DNA from: Auanema rhodensis | Lineage: Eukaryota; Animalia; Nematoda | Length of the DNA stretch: 64,000 nucleotides | NCBI GenBank assembly: GCA_964057225.1 | Contig: OZ059894.1 | Location: 5,456,001 to 5,520,000, forward strand | Reading direction: 5' to 3' | Shown here: positions 44,393 through 57,200 of the stretch, piece by piece | How the letters are laid out: every line of letters begins with the position of its first letter | How positions within the stretch are numbered: position 1 is the stretch's first letter | The notes under the pieces: generated by a model | What the model was told of the DNA's origin: nothing | What the model saw: the letters and a program-made list of their open reading frames with translations, nothing else | Databases searched by the model: none | Made by a program: the position numbers and the translations under genes

Positions 44393-47300
44393 TGCACTGA
44401 GATATTAACTGATATAAGTTCACACATATATCCTCGATTTTCACCCTGAAGAATTAATTTTTTCGTTGAATAACATTGTCCATCGTCTTCGCCTTGAAAA
44501 AAGGAATCTAAAAACATCTACTTTATGTAAAATTATTTTGAACTTTTCGGGAAAATTTTTGTCAAAATGTTTGTGGAAGCAATTTTGAGTGTACATGGAA
44601 ACTCAACATACACTAATGCATCATTTTTCAAACGATCATAACTAATTTTTGTATTCAGCGTTTCTGAATGTCACATAATGTATTCGATGCGGATTTTTAA
44701 GCTGCGTCGATCTGTGTTATCAGATTTGCGCTAACTTAAAAATGCACCGAGATATCAACTGATATAGGTTCACACTTATATCCTCGATTTTCACCCTACA
44801 AAATTAATTTTTTCGTTGAATAACATTGTCCATCGTCTTCGCCTTGAAAAAAAAAATCTAAAAACATCTACTTTTTGTGAAATTATCTCGAAATTTTTCG
44901 GGAAAATTTTTGTCAAAAAGTTTTTGGAAGCAATTTTGAGTGTACATGGAAACTCAACATACACTAATGCATCATTTTTCAAACGATCATAACTAATTTT
45001 TGTATTCAGCGTTTCTGAATGTCACATAATGTATTCGATGCGGATTTTTAAGCTGCGTCGATCTGTGTTATCAGATTTGCGCTAACTTAAAAATGCACCG
45101 AGATATCAACTGATATAGGTTCACACTTATATCTTCGATTTTCACCTTGAAGAATTAATTTTTTCGTTGAATAACATTGTCCATCGTCTTCGCCTTGAAA
45201 AAAAAATCTAAAAACATCTACTTTTTGTGAAATTATCTCGAAATTTTTCGGGAAAATTTTTGTCAAAAAGTTTTTGGAAGCAATTTTGAGTGTACATGGA
45301 AACTCAACATACACTAATGCATCATTTTTCAAACGATCATAACTAATTTTTGTATTGGACGTTTCCCAATGTATTATAGTGTATTCGATGCGGATTTTTA
45401 AGCTGCGTCGATCTGTGTTATCAGATTTGCGCTAACTTAAAAATGCACCGAGATATCAACTGATATAAGTTCACACTTATATCTTCGATTTTCACCCTGC
45501 AAAATTAATTTTTTCGTTGAATAACATTGTCCATCGTCTTCGCCTTGAAAAAAAAATCTAAAAACATCTACTTTTTGTGAAATTATCTCGAAATTTTTCG
45601 GGAAAATTTTTGTCAAAAAGTTTTTGGAAGCAATTTTGAGTGTACATGGAAACTCAACATACACTAATGCATCATTTTTCAAACGATCATAACTAATTTT
45701 TGTATTCAGCGTTTCTCAATGTCACATAGTGTATTCGATGCGGATTTTTAAGCTGCGTCGATCTGTGTTATCAGATTTGCGCTAACTTAAAAATGCACCG
45801 AGATATCAACTGATATAGGTTCACACTTATATCTTCGATTTTCACCCTGAAGAATTAATTTTTTCGTTGAATAACATTGTCCATCGTCTTCGCCTTGAAA
45901 AAAAAATCTAAAAACATCTACTTTTTGTGAAATTATCTCGAAATTTTTCGGGAAAATTTTTGTCAAAAAGTTTTTGGAAGCAATTTTGAGTGTACATGGA
46001 AACTCAACATACACTAATGCATCATTTTTCAAACGATCATAACTAATTTTTGTATTCAGCGTTTCTCAATGTCACATAGTGTATTCGATGCGGATTTTTA
46101 AGCTGCGTCGATCTGTGTTATCAGATTTGCGCTAACTTAAAAATGCACCGAGATATCAACTGATATAAGTTCACACTTATATCTTCGATTTTCACCCTGC
46201 AAAATTAATTTTTTCGTTGAATAACATTGTCCATCGTCTTTGCCTTGAAAAAAGGAATCTAAAAACATCTACTTTTTGTAAAATTATCTGGAAATTTTTC
46301 GGGAAAATTTTTGTCAAAAAGTTTTTGGAAGCAATTTTGAGTGTACATGGAAACTCAACATACACTAATGCATCATTTTTCAAACGATCATAACTAATTT
46401 TTGTATTCAGCGTTTCTCAATGTCACATAGTGTATTCGATGCGGATTTTTAAGCTGCGTCGATCTGTGTTATCAGATTTGCGCTAACTTAAAAATGCACC
46501 GAGATATCAACTGATATAGGTTCACACTTATATCTTCGATTTTCACCCTGAAGAATTAATTTTTTCATTGAATAACATAGTCCATCGTCTTCGCCTTGAA
46601 AAAAAAATCTAAAAACATCTACTTTTTGTGAAATTATCTGGAAATTTTTCGGGAAAATTTTTGTCAAAAAGTTTTTGGAAGCAATTTTAAGTGTACATGG
46701 AAACTCAACATACACTAATGCATCATTTTTCAAACGATCATAACTAATTTTTGTATTCAGCGTTTTTCAATGTCATATAGTGTATTCGATGCGGATTTTT
46801 AAGCTGCGTCGATCTGTGTTATCAGATTTGCGCTAACTTAAAAATGCACCGAGATATCAACTGATATAGGTTCACACTTATATCTTCGATTTTCACCCTG
46901 AAGAATTAATTTTTTCGTTGAATAACATTGTCCATCGTCTTCGCCTCGAAAACAAAATCTTAAAACATCTACTTTTTGTAAAATTATCTGGAAATTTTTC
47001 GGGAAAATTTTTGTCAAAAAGTTTTTGGAAGCAATTTTGAGTGTACATGGAAACTCAACATACACTAATGCATCATTTTTCAAACGATCATAACTAATTT
47101 TTGTATTCAGCGTTTCTGAATGTCACATAATGTATTCGATGCGGATTTTTAAGCTGCGTCGATCTGTGTTATCAGATTTGCGCTAACTTAAAAATGCACC
47201 GAGATATCAACTGATATAGGTTCACACTTATATCCTCGATTTTCACCCTGAGCAATTAATTTTTTCATTGAATAACATAGTCCATCGTCTTCGCCTTGAA

Positions 47301-47894
47301 AAAAAAATCTAAAAACATCTACTTTTTGTGAAATTATCTGGAAATTTTTCGGGAAAATTTTTGTCAAAAAGTTTTTGGAAGCAATTTTGAGTGTACATGG
47401 AAACTCAACATACACTTATGCATCATTTTTCAAACGATCATAACTAATTTTTGTATTCAGCGTTTCTGAATGTCACATAATGTATTCGATGCGGATTTTT
47501 AAGCTGCGTCGATCTGTGTTATCAGATTTGCGCTAACTTAAGAATGCACCGAGATATCAACTGATATATGTTCACACTTATATCTTCGATTTTCACCCTG
47601 AAGAATTAATTTTTTCGTTGAATAACATTGTCCATCGTCTTCGCCTTGAAAAAAAAATCTAAAAACATCTACTTTTTGTGAAATTATCTGGAAATTTTTC
47701 GGGAAAATTTTTGTCAAAATGTTTTTGGAAGCAATGTTGAGTGTACATGAAAACTCAACATACACTTATGCATCATTTTTCAAACGATCATAACTAATTT
47801 TTGTATTCAGCGTTTCTGAATGTCACATAATGTATTCGATGCGGATTTTTAAGCTGCGTCGATCTGTGTTATCAGATTTGCGCTAACTTAAGAA

Positions 47895-48218
47895 TGCACC
47901 GAGATATCAACTGATATATGTTCACACTTATATCTTCGATTTTCACCCTGAAGAATTAATTTTTTCGTTGAATAACATTGTCCATCGTCTTCGCCTTGAA
48001 AAAAAAATCTAAAAACATCTACTTTTTGTGAAATTATCTCGAAATTTTTCGGGAACAATTTTGAGTGTACATGGAAACTCAACATACACTTATGCATCAT
48101 TTTTCAAACGATCATAACTAATTTTTGTATTGGACGTTTCCCAATGTATTATAGTGTATTCGATGCGGATTTTTAAGCTGCGTCGATCTGTGTTATCAGA
48201 TTTGCGCTAACTTAAAAA
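47895..48218. repeat. Second 324-bp monomer with the identical 26-bp deletion
   Basis: Same junction GGGAA|CAATT at 48055/48056, 3826 bp downstream of the first. Confidence 0.95.
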
Positions 48219-51200
48219 TGCACCGAGATATTAACTGATATAAGTTCACACATATATCCTCGATTTTCACCCTGAAGAATTAATTTTTTCGTTGAATAAC
48301 ATTGTCCATCGTCTTCGCCTTGAAAAAAGGAATCTAAAAACATCTACTTTATGTAAAATTATTTTGAACTTTTCGGGAAAATTTTTGTCAAAATGTTTGT
48401 GGAAGCAATTTTGAGTGTACATGGAAACTCAACATACACTAATGCATCATTTTTCAAACGATCATAACTAATTTTTGTATTCAGCGTTTCTCAATGTCAC
48501 ATAGTGTATTCGATGCGGATTTTTAAGCTGCGTCGATCTGTGTTATCAGATTTGCGCTAACTTAAAAATGCACCGAGATATCAACTGATATAGGTTCACA
48601 CTTATATCCTCGATTTTCACCCTACAAAATTAATTTTTTCGTTGAATAACATTGTCCATCGTCTTCGCCTTGAAAAAAAAATCTAAAAACATCTACTTTT
48701 TGTGAAATTATCTCGAAATTTTTCGGGAAAATTTTTGTCAAAAAGTTTTTGGAAGCAATTTTGAGTGTACATGGAAACTCAACATACACTAATGCATCAT
48801 TTTTCAAACGATCATAACTAATTTTTGTATTCAGCGTTTCTGAATGTCACATAATGTATTCGATGCGGATTTTTAAGCTGCGTCGATCTGTGTTATCAGA
48901 TTTGCGCTAACTTAAAAATGCACCGAGATATCAACTGATATAAGTTCACACATATATCCTCGATTTTCACCCTGAAGAATTAATTTTTTCGTTGAATAAC
49001 ATTGTCCATCGTCTTCGCCTTGAAAAAAGGAATCTAAAAACATCTACTTTATGTAAAATTATTTTGAACTTTTCGGGAAAATTTTTGTCAAAATGTTTGT
49101 GGAAGCAATTTTGAGTGTACATGGAAACTCAACATACACTAATGCATCATTTTTCAAACGATCATAACTAATTTTTGTATTCAGCGTTTCTCAATGTCAC
49201 ATAGTGTATTCGATGCGGATTTTTAAGCTGCGTCGATCTGTGTTATCAGATTTGCGCTAACTTAAAAATGCACCGAGATATCAACTGATATAGGTTCACA
49301 CTTATATCCTCGATTTTCACCCTACAAAATTAATTTTTTCGTTGAATAACATTGTCCATCGTCTTCGCCTTGAAAAAAAAATCTAAAAACATCTACTTTT
49401 TGTGAAATTATCTCGAAATTTTTCGGGAAAATTTTTGTCAAAAAGTTTTTGGAAGCAATTTTGAGTGTACATGGAAACTCAACATACACTAATGCATCAT
49501 TTTTCAAACGATCATAACTAATTTTTGTATTCAGCGTTTCTGAATGTCACATAATGTATTCGATGCGGATTTTTAAGCTGCGTCGATCTGTGTTATCAGA
49601 TTTGCGCTAACTTAAAAATGCACCGAGATATCAACTGATATAGGTTCACACTTATATCTTCGATTTTCACCCTGAAGAATTAATTTTTTCGTTGAATAAC
49701 ATTGTCCATCGTCTTCGCCTTGAAAAAAAAATCTAAAAACATCTACTTTTTGTGAAATTATCTCGAAATTTTTCGGGAAAATTTTTGTCAAAAAGTTTTT
49801 GGAAGCAATTTTGAGTGTACATGGAAACTCAACATACACTAATGCATCATTTTTCAAACGATCATAACTAATTTTTGTATTCAGCGTTTCTCAATGTCAC
49901 ATAGTGTATTCGATGCGGATTTTTAAGCTGCGTCGATCTGTGTTATCAGATTTGCGCTAACTTAAAAATGCACCGAGATATCAACTGATATAAGTTCACA
50001 CTTATATCTTCGATTTTCACCCTGCAAAATTAATTTTTTCGTTGAATAACATTGTCCATCGTCTTTGCCTTGAAAAAAGGAATCTAAAAACATCTACTTT
50101 TTGTAAAATTATCTGGAAATTTTTCGGGAAAATTTTTGTCAAAAAGTTTTTGGAAGCAATTTTGAGTGTACATGGAAACTCAACATACACTAATGCATCA
50201 TTTTTCAAACGATCATAACTAATTTTTGTATTCAGCGTTTCTCAATGTCACATAGTGTATTCGATGCGGATTTTTAAGCTGCGTCGATCTGTGTTATCAG
50301 ATTTGCGCTAACTTAAAAATGCACCGAGATATCAACTGATATAGGTTCACACTTATATCTTCGATTTTCACCCTGAAGAATTAATTTTTTCGTTGAATAA
50401 CATTGTCCATCGTCTTCGCCTTGAAAAAAAAATCTAAAAACATCTACTTTTTGTGAAATTATCTCGAAATTTTTCGGGAAAATTTTTGTCAAAAAGTTTT
50501 TGGAAGCAATTTTGAGTGTACATGGAAACTCAACATACACTAATGCATCATTTTTCAAACGATCATAACTAATTTTTGTATTCAGCGTTTCTCAATGTCA
50601 CATAGTGTATTCGATGCGGATTTTTAAGCTGCGTCGATCTGTGTTATCAGATTTGCGCTAACTTAAAAATGCACCGAGATATCAACTGATATAAGTTCAC
50701 ACTTATATCTTCGATTTTCACCCTGCAAAATTAATTTTTTCGTTGAATAACATTGTCCATCGTCTTTGCCTTGAAAAAAGGAATCTAAAAACATCTACTT
50801 TTTGTAAAATTATCTGGAAATTTTTCGGGAAAATTTTTGTCAAAAAGTTTTTGGAAGCAATTTTGAGTGTACATGGAAACTCAACATACACTAATGCATC
50901 ATTTTTCAAACGATCATAACTAATTTTTGTATTCAGCGTTTCTCAATGTCACATAGTGTATTCGATGCGGATTTTTAAGCTGCGTCGATCTGTGTTATCA
51001 GATTTGCGCTAACTTAAAAATGCACCGAGATATCAACTGATATAGGTTCACACTTATATCTTCGATTTTCACCCTGAAGAATTAATTTTTTCATTGAATA
51101 ACATAGTCCATCGTCTTCGCCTTGAAAAAAAAATCTAAAAACATCTACTTTTTGTGAAATTATCTGGAAATTTTTCGGGAAAATTTTTGTCAAAAAGTTT

Positions 51201-54200
51201 TTGGAAGCAATTTTAAGTGTACATGGAAACTCAACATACACTAATGCATCATTTTTCAAACGATCATAACTAATTTTTGTATTCAGCGTTTTTCAATGTC
51301 ATATAGTGTATTCGATGCGGATTTTTAAGCTGCGTCGATCTGTGTTATCAGATTTGCGCTAACTTAAAAATGCACCGAGATATCAACTGATATAGGTTCA
51401 CACTTATATCTTCGATTTTCACCCTGAAGAATTAATTTTTTCGTTGAATAACATTGTCCATCGTCTTCGCCTCGAAAACAAAATCTTAAAACATCTACTT
51501 TTTGTAAAATTATCTGGAAATTTTTCGGGAAAATTTTTGTCAAAAAGTTTTTGGAAGCAATTTTGAGTGTACATGGAAACTCAACATACACTAATGCATC
51601 ATTTTTCAAACGATCATAACTAATTTTTGTATTCAGCGTTTCTGAATGTCACATAATGTATTCGATGCGGATTTTTAAGCTGCGTCGATCTGTGTTATCA
51701 GATTTGCGCTAACTTAAAAATGCACCGAGATATCAACTGATATAGGTTCACACTTATATCCTCGATTTTCACCCTGAGCAATTAATTTTTTCATTGAATA
51801 ACATAGTCCATCGTCTTCGCCTTGAAAAAAAAATCTAAAAACATCTACTTTTTGTGAAATTATCTGGAAATTTTTCGGGAAAATTTTTGTCAAAAAGTTT
51901 TTGGAAGCAATTTTGAGTGTACATGGAAACTCAACATACACTAATGCATCATTTTTCAAACGATCATAACTAATTTTTGTATTCAGCGTTTCTCAATGTC
52001 ACATAGTGTATTCGATGCGGATTTTTAAGCTGCGTCGATCTGTGTTATCAGATTTGCGCTAACTTAAAAATGCACCGAGATATCAACTGATATAGGTTCA
52101 CACTTATATCTTCGATTTTCACCCTGAAGAATTAATTTTTTCGTTGAATAACATTGTCCATCGTCTTCGCCTCGAAAAAAAAATCTTAAAACATCTACTT
52201 TTTGTAAAATTATCTGGAAATTTTTCGGGAAAATTTTTGTCAAAAAGTTTTTGGAAGCAATTTTGAGTGTACATGGAAACTCAACATACACTAATGCATC
52301 ATTTTTCAAACGATCATAACTAATTTTTGTATTCAGCGTTTCTGAATGTCACATAATGTATTCGATGCGGATTTTTAAGCTGCGTCGATCTGTGTTATCA
52401 GATTTGCGCTAACTTAAAAATGCACCGAGATATCAACTGATATAGGTTCACACTTATATCCTCGATTTTCACCCTGAGCAATTAATTTTTTCATTGAATA
52501 ACATAGTCCATCGTCTTCGCCTTGAAAAAAAAATCTAAAAACATCTACTTTTTGTGAAATTATCTGGAAATTTTTCGGGAAAATTTTTGTCAAAAAGTTT
52601 TTGGAAGCAATTTTGAGTGTACATGGAAACTCAACATACACTAATGCATCATTTTTCAAACGATCATAACTAATTTTTGTATTCAGCGTTTCTCAATGTC
52701 ACATAGTGTATTCGATGCGGATTTTTAAGCTGCGTCGATCTGTGTTATCAGATTTGCGCTAACTTAAAAATGCACCGAGATATCAACTGATATAGGTTCA
52801 CACTTATATCTTCGATTTTCACCCTGAAGAATTAATTTTTTCGTTGAATAACATTGTCCATCGTCTTCGCCTCGAAAACAAAATCTTAAAACATCTACTT
52901 TTTGTAAAATTATCTGGAAATTTTTCGGGAAAATTTTTGTCAAAAAGTTTTTGGAAGCAATTTTGAGTGTACATGGAAACTCAACATACACTAATGCATC
53001 ATTTTTCAAACGATCATAACTAATTTTTGTATTCAGCGTTTCTCAATGTCACATAGTGTATTCGATGCGGATTTTTAAGCTGCGTCGATCTGTGTTATCA
53101 GATTTGCGCTAACTTAAAAATGCACCGAGATATCAACTGATATAGGTTCACACTTATATCTTCGATTTTCACCCTGAAGAATTAATTTTTTCGTTGAATA
53201 ACATTGTCCATCGTCTTCGCCTCGAAAAAAAAATCTTAAAACATCTACTTTTTGTAAAATTATCTGGAAATTTTTCGGGAAAATTTTTGTCAAAAAGTTT
53301 TTGGAAGCAATTTTGAGTGTACATGGAAACTCAACATACACTAATGCATCATTTTTCAAACGATCATAACTAATTTTTGTATTCAGCGTTTCTCAATGTC
53401 ACATAGTGTATTCGATGCGGATTTTTAAGCTGCGTCGATCTGTGTTATCAGATTTGCGCTAGCTTAAAAATGCACCGAGATATCAACTGATATAGGTTCA
53501 CACTTATATCTTCGATTTTCACCCTGAAGAATTAATTTTTTCGTTGAATAACATTGTCCATCGTCTTCGCCTTGAAAAAAAAATCTAAAAACATCTACTT
53601 TTTGTGAAATTATTTTGAAATTTTTCAGGAAAATTTTTGTCAAAAAGTTTTTGGAAGCAATTTTGAGTGTACATGGTAACTCAACATACACTAATGCATC
53701 ATTTTTCAAACAATCATAACTAATTTTTGTATTCAGCGTTTCTCAATGTCACATAGTGTATTCGATGCGGATTTTTAAGCTGCGTCGATCTGTGTTATCA
53801 GATTTGCGCTAACTTAAAAATGCACCGAGATATCAACTGATATAAGTTCACACTTATATCTTCGATTTTCACCCTGAAGAATTAATTTTTTCGTTGAATA
53901 ACATTGTCCATCGTCTTCGCCTCGAAAAAAAAATCTAAAAACATCTACTTTTTGTGAAACTATCTGGAAATTTTTCGGGAAAATTTTTGTCAAAAAGTTT
54001 TTGGAAGCAATTTTGAGTGTACATGGAAACTCAACATACACTAATGCATCATTTTTCAAACGATCATAACTAATTTTTGTATTCAGCGTTTCTCAATGTC
54101 ACATAGTGTATTCGATGCGGAATTTTAAGCTGCGTCGATTTTTGTTATCAGATTTGCGCTAACTTAAGAATGCACCGAGATATCAACTGATATAAGTTCA

Positions 54201-57200
54201 CACTTATATCTTCGATTTTCACCCTGAAGAATTAATTTTTTCGTTGAATAACATTGTCCATCGTCTTCGCCTTGAAAAAAAAATCTAAAAACATCTACTT
54301 TTTGTGAAATTATTTTGAAATTTTTCAGGAAAATTTTTGTCAAAAAGTTTTTGGAAGCAATTTTGAGTGTACATGGTAACTCAACATACACTAATGCATC
54401 ATTTTTCAAACGATCATAACTAATTTTTGTATTCAGCGTTTCTCAATGTCACATAGTGTATTCGATGCGGAATTTTAAGCTGCGTCGATTTTTGTTATCA
54501 GATTTGCGCTAACTTAAGAATGCACCGAGATATCAACTGATATAAGTTCACACATATATCCTCGATTTTCACCCTGAAGAATTAATTTTTTCGTTGAACA
54601 ACATTGTCCATCGTCTTCGCCTTGAAAAAAGGAATCTAAAAACATCTACTTTTTGTAAAATTATTTTGAACTTTTCGGGAAAATTTTTGTCAAAATGTTT
54701 TTGGAAGCAATTTTGAGTGTACATGGAAACTCAACATACACTAATGCATCATTTTTCAAACGATCATAACTAATTTTTGTATTCAGCGTTTCTCAATGTC
54801 ACATAATGTATTCGATGCGGATTTTTAAGCTGCGTCGATCTGTGTGATCAGATTTGCTCTAGCTTAAAAATGCACCGAGATATCAACTGATATAGGTTCA
54901 CACTTATATCCTCGATTTTCACCCTGAGCAATTAATTTTTTCGTTGAATAACATTGTCCATCGTCTTCGCCTTGAAAAAAAAATCTAAAAACATCTACTT
55001 TTTGTGAAATTATCTGGAAATTTTTCGGGAAAATTTTTGTCAAAAAGTTTTTGGAAGCAATTTCGAGTGTACATGGAAACTCAACATACACTAATGCATT
55101 ATTTTTCAAACGATCATAACTAATTTTTGTATTCAGCGTTTCTCAATGTCACATAGTGTATTCGATGCGGATTTTTAAGCTGCGTCGATCTGTGTTATCA
55201 GATTTGCGCTAACTTAAAAATGCACCGAGATATCAACTGATATAGGTTCACACTTATATCTTCGATTTTCACCCTGCAAAATTAATTTTTTCGTTGAATA
55301 ACATTGTCCATCGTCTTTGCCTTGAAAAAAGGAATCTAAAAACATCTACTTTTTGTAAAATTATCTGGAAATTTTTCGGGAAAATTTTTGTCAAAAAGTT
55401 TTTGGAAGCAATTTCGAGTGTACATGGAAACTCAACATACACTAATGCATTATTTATCAAACGATCATAACTAGTTTTTGTATTCAGCGTTTCTCAATGT
55501 CACATAGTGTATTCGATGCGGATTTTTAAGCTGCGTCGATCTGTGTTATCAGATTTGCGCTAACTTAAAAATGCACCGAGATATCAACTGATATAAGTTC
55601 ACACTTATATCTTCGATTTTCACCCTGAAGAATTAATTTTTTCGTTGAATAACATTGTCCATCGTCTTTGCCTTGAAAAAAAAAATCTAAAAACATCTAC
55701 TTTTTGTAAAATTATCTAGAAATTTTTCGGGAAAATTTTTGTCAAAATGTTTTTGGAAGCAATTTCGAGTGTACATGGAAACTCAACATACACTAATGCA
55801 TCATTTTTCAAACGATCATAACTAATTTTTGTATTAGACGTTTCCCAATGTATTATAGTGTATTCGATGCGGATTTTTAAGCTGCGTCGATCTGTGTTAT
55901 CAGATTTGCGCTAACTTAAAAATGCACCGAGATATCAACTGATATAAGTTCACACTTATATCTTCGATTTTCACCCTGAAGAATTAATTTTTTCGTTGAA
56001 TAACATTGTCCATCGTCTTTGCCTTGAAAAAAAAAATCTAAAAACATCTACTTTTTGTGAAATTATTTTGAAATTTTTCAGGAAAATTTTTGTCAAAAAG
56101 TTTTTGGAAGCAATTTTGAGTGTACATGGTAACTCAACATACACTAATGCATCATTTTTCAAACAATCATAACTAATTTTTGTATTCAGCGTTTCTCAAT
56201 GTCACATAGTGTATTCGATGCGGATTTTTAAGCTGCGTCGATCTGTGTTATCAGATTTGCGCTAACTTAAAAATGCACCGAGATATCAACTGATATAAGT
56301 TCACACTTATATCTTCGATTTTCACCCTGAAGAATTAATTTTTTCGTTGAATAACATTGTCCATCGTCTTCGCCTCGAAAAAAAAATCTAAAAACATCTA
56401 CTTTTTGTGAAACTATCTGGAAATTTTTCGGGAAAATTTTTGTCAAAAAGTTTTTGGAAGCAATTTTGAGTGTACATGGAAACTCAACATACACTAATGC
56501 ATCATTTTTCAAACGATCATAACTAATTTTTGTATTCAGCGTTTCTCAATGTCACATAGTGTATTCGATGCGGATTTTTAAGCTGCGTCGATCTGTGTTA
56601 TCAGATTTGCGCTAGCTTAAAAATGCACCGAGATATCAACTGATATAAGTTCACACTTATATCTTCGATTTTCACCCTGAAGAATTAATTTTTTCGTTGA
56701 ATAACATTGTCCATCGTCTTTGCCTTGAAAAAAAAAATCTAAAAACATCTACTTTTTGTGAAATTATTTTGAAATTTTTCAGGAAAATTTTTGTCAAAAA
56801 GTTTTTGGAAGCAATTTTGAGTGTACATGGTAACTCAACATACACTAATGCATCATTTTTCAAACAATCATAACTAATTTTTGTATTCAGCGTTTCTCAA
56901 TGTCACATAGTGTATTCGATGCGGATTTTTAAGCTGCGTCGATCTGTGTTATCAGATTTGCGCTAACTTAAAAATGCACCGAGATATCAACTGATATAAG
57001 TTCACACTTATATCTTCGATTTTCACCCTGAAGAATTAATTTTTTCGTTGAATAACATTGTCCATCCTCTTCGCCTCGAAAAAAAAATCTAAAAACATCT
57101 ACTTTTTGTGAAACTATCTGGAAATTTTTCGGGAAAATTTTTGTCAAAAAGTTTTTGGAAGCAATTTTGAGTGTACATGGAAACTCAACATACACTAATG

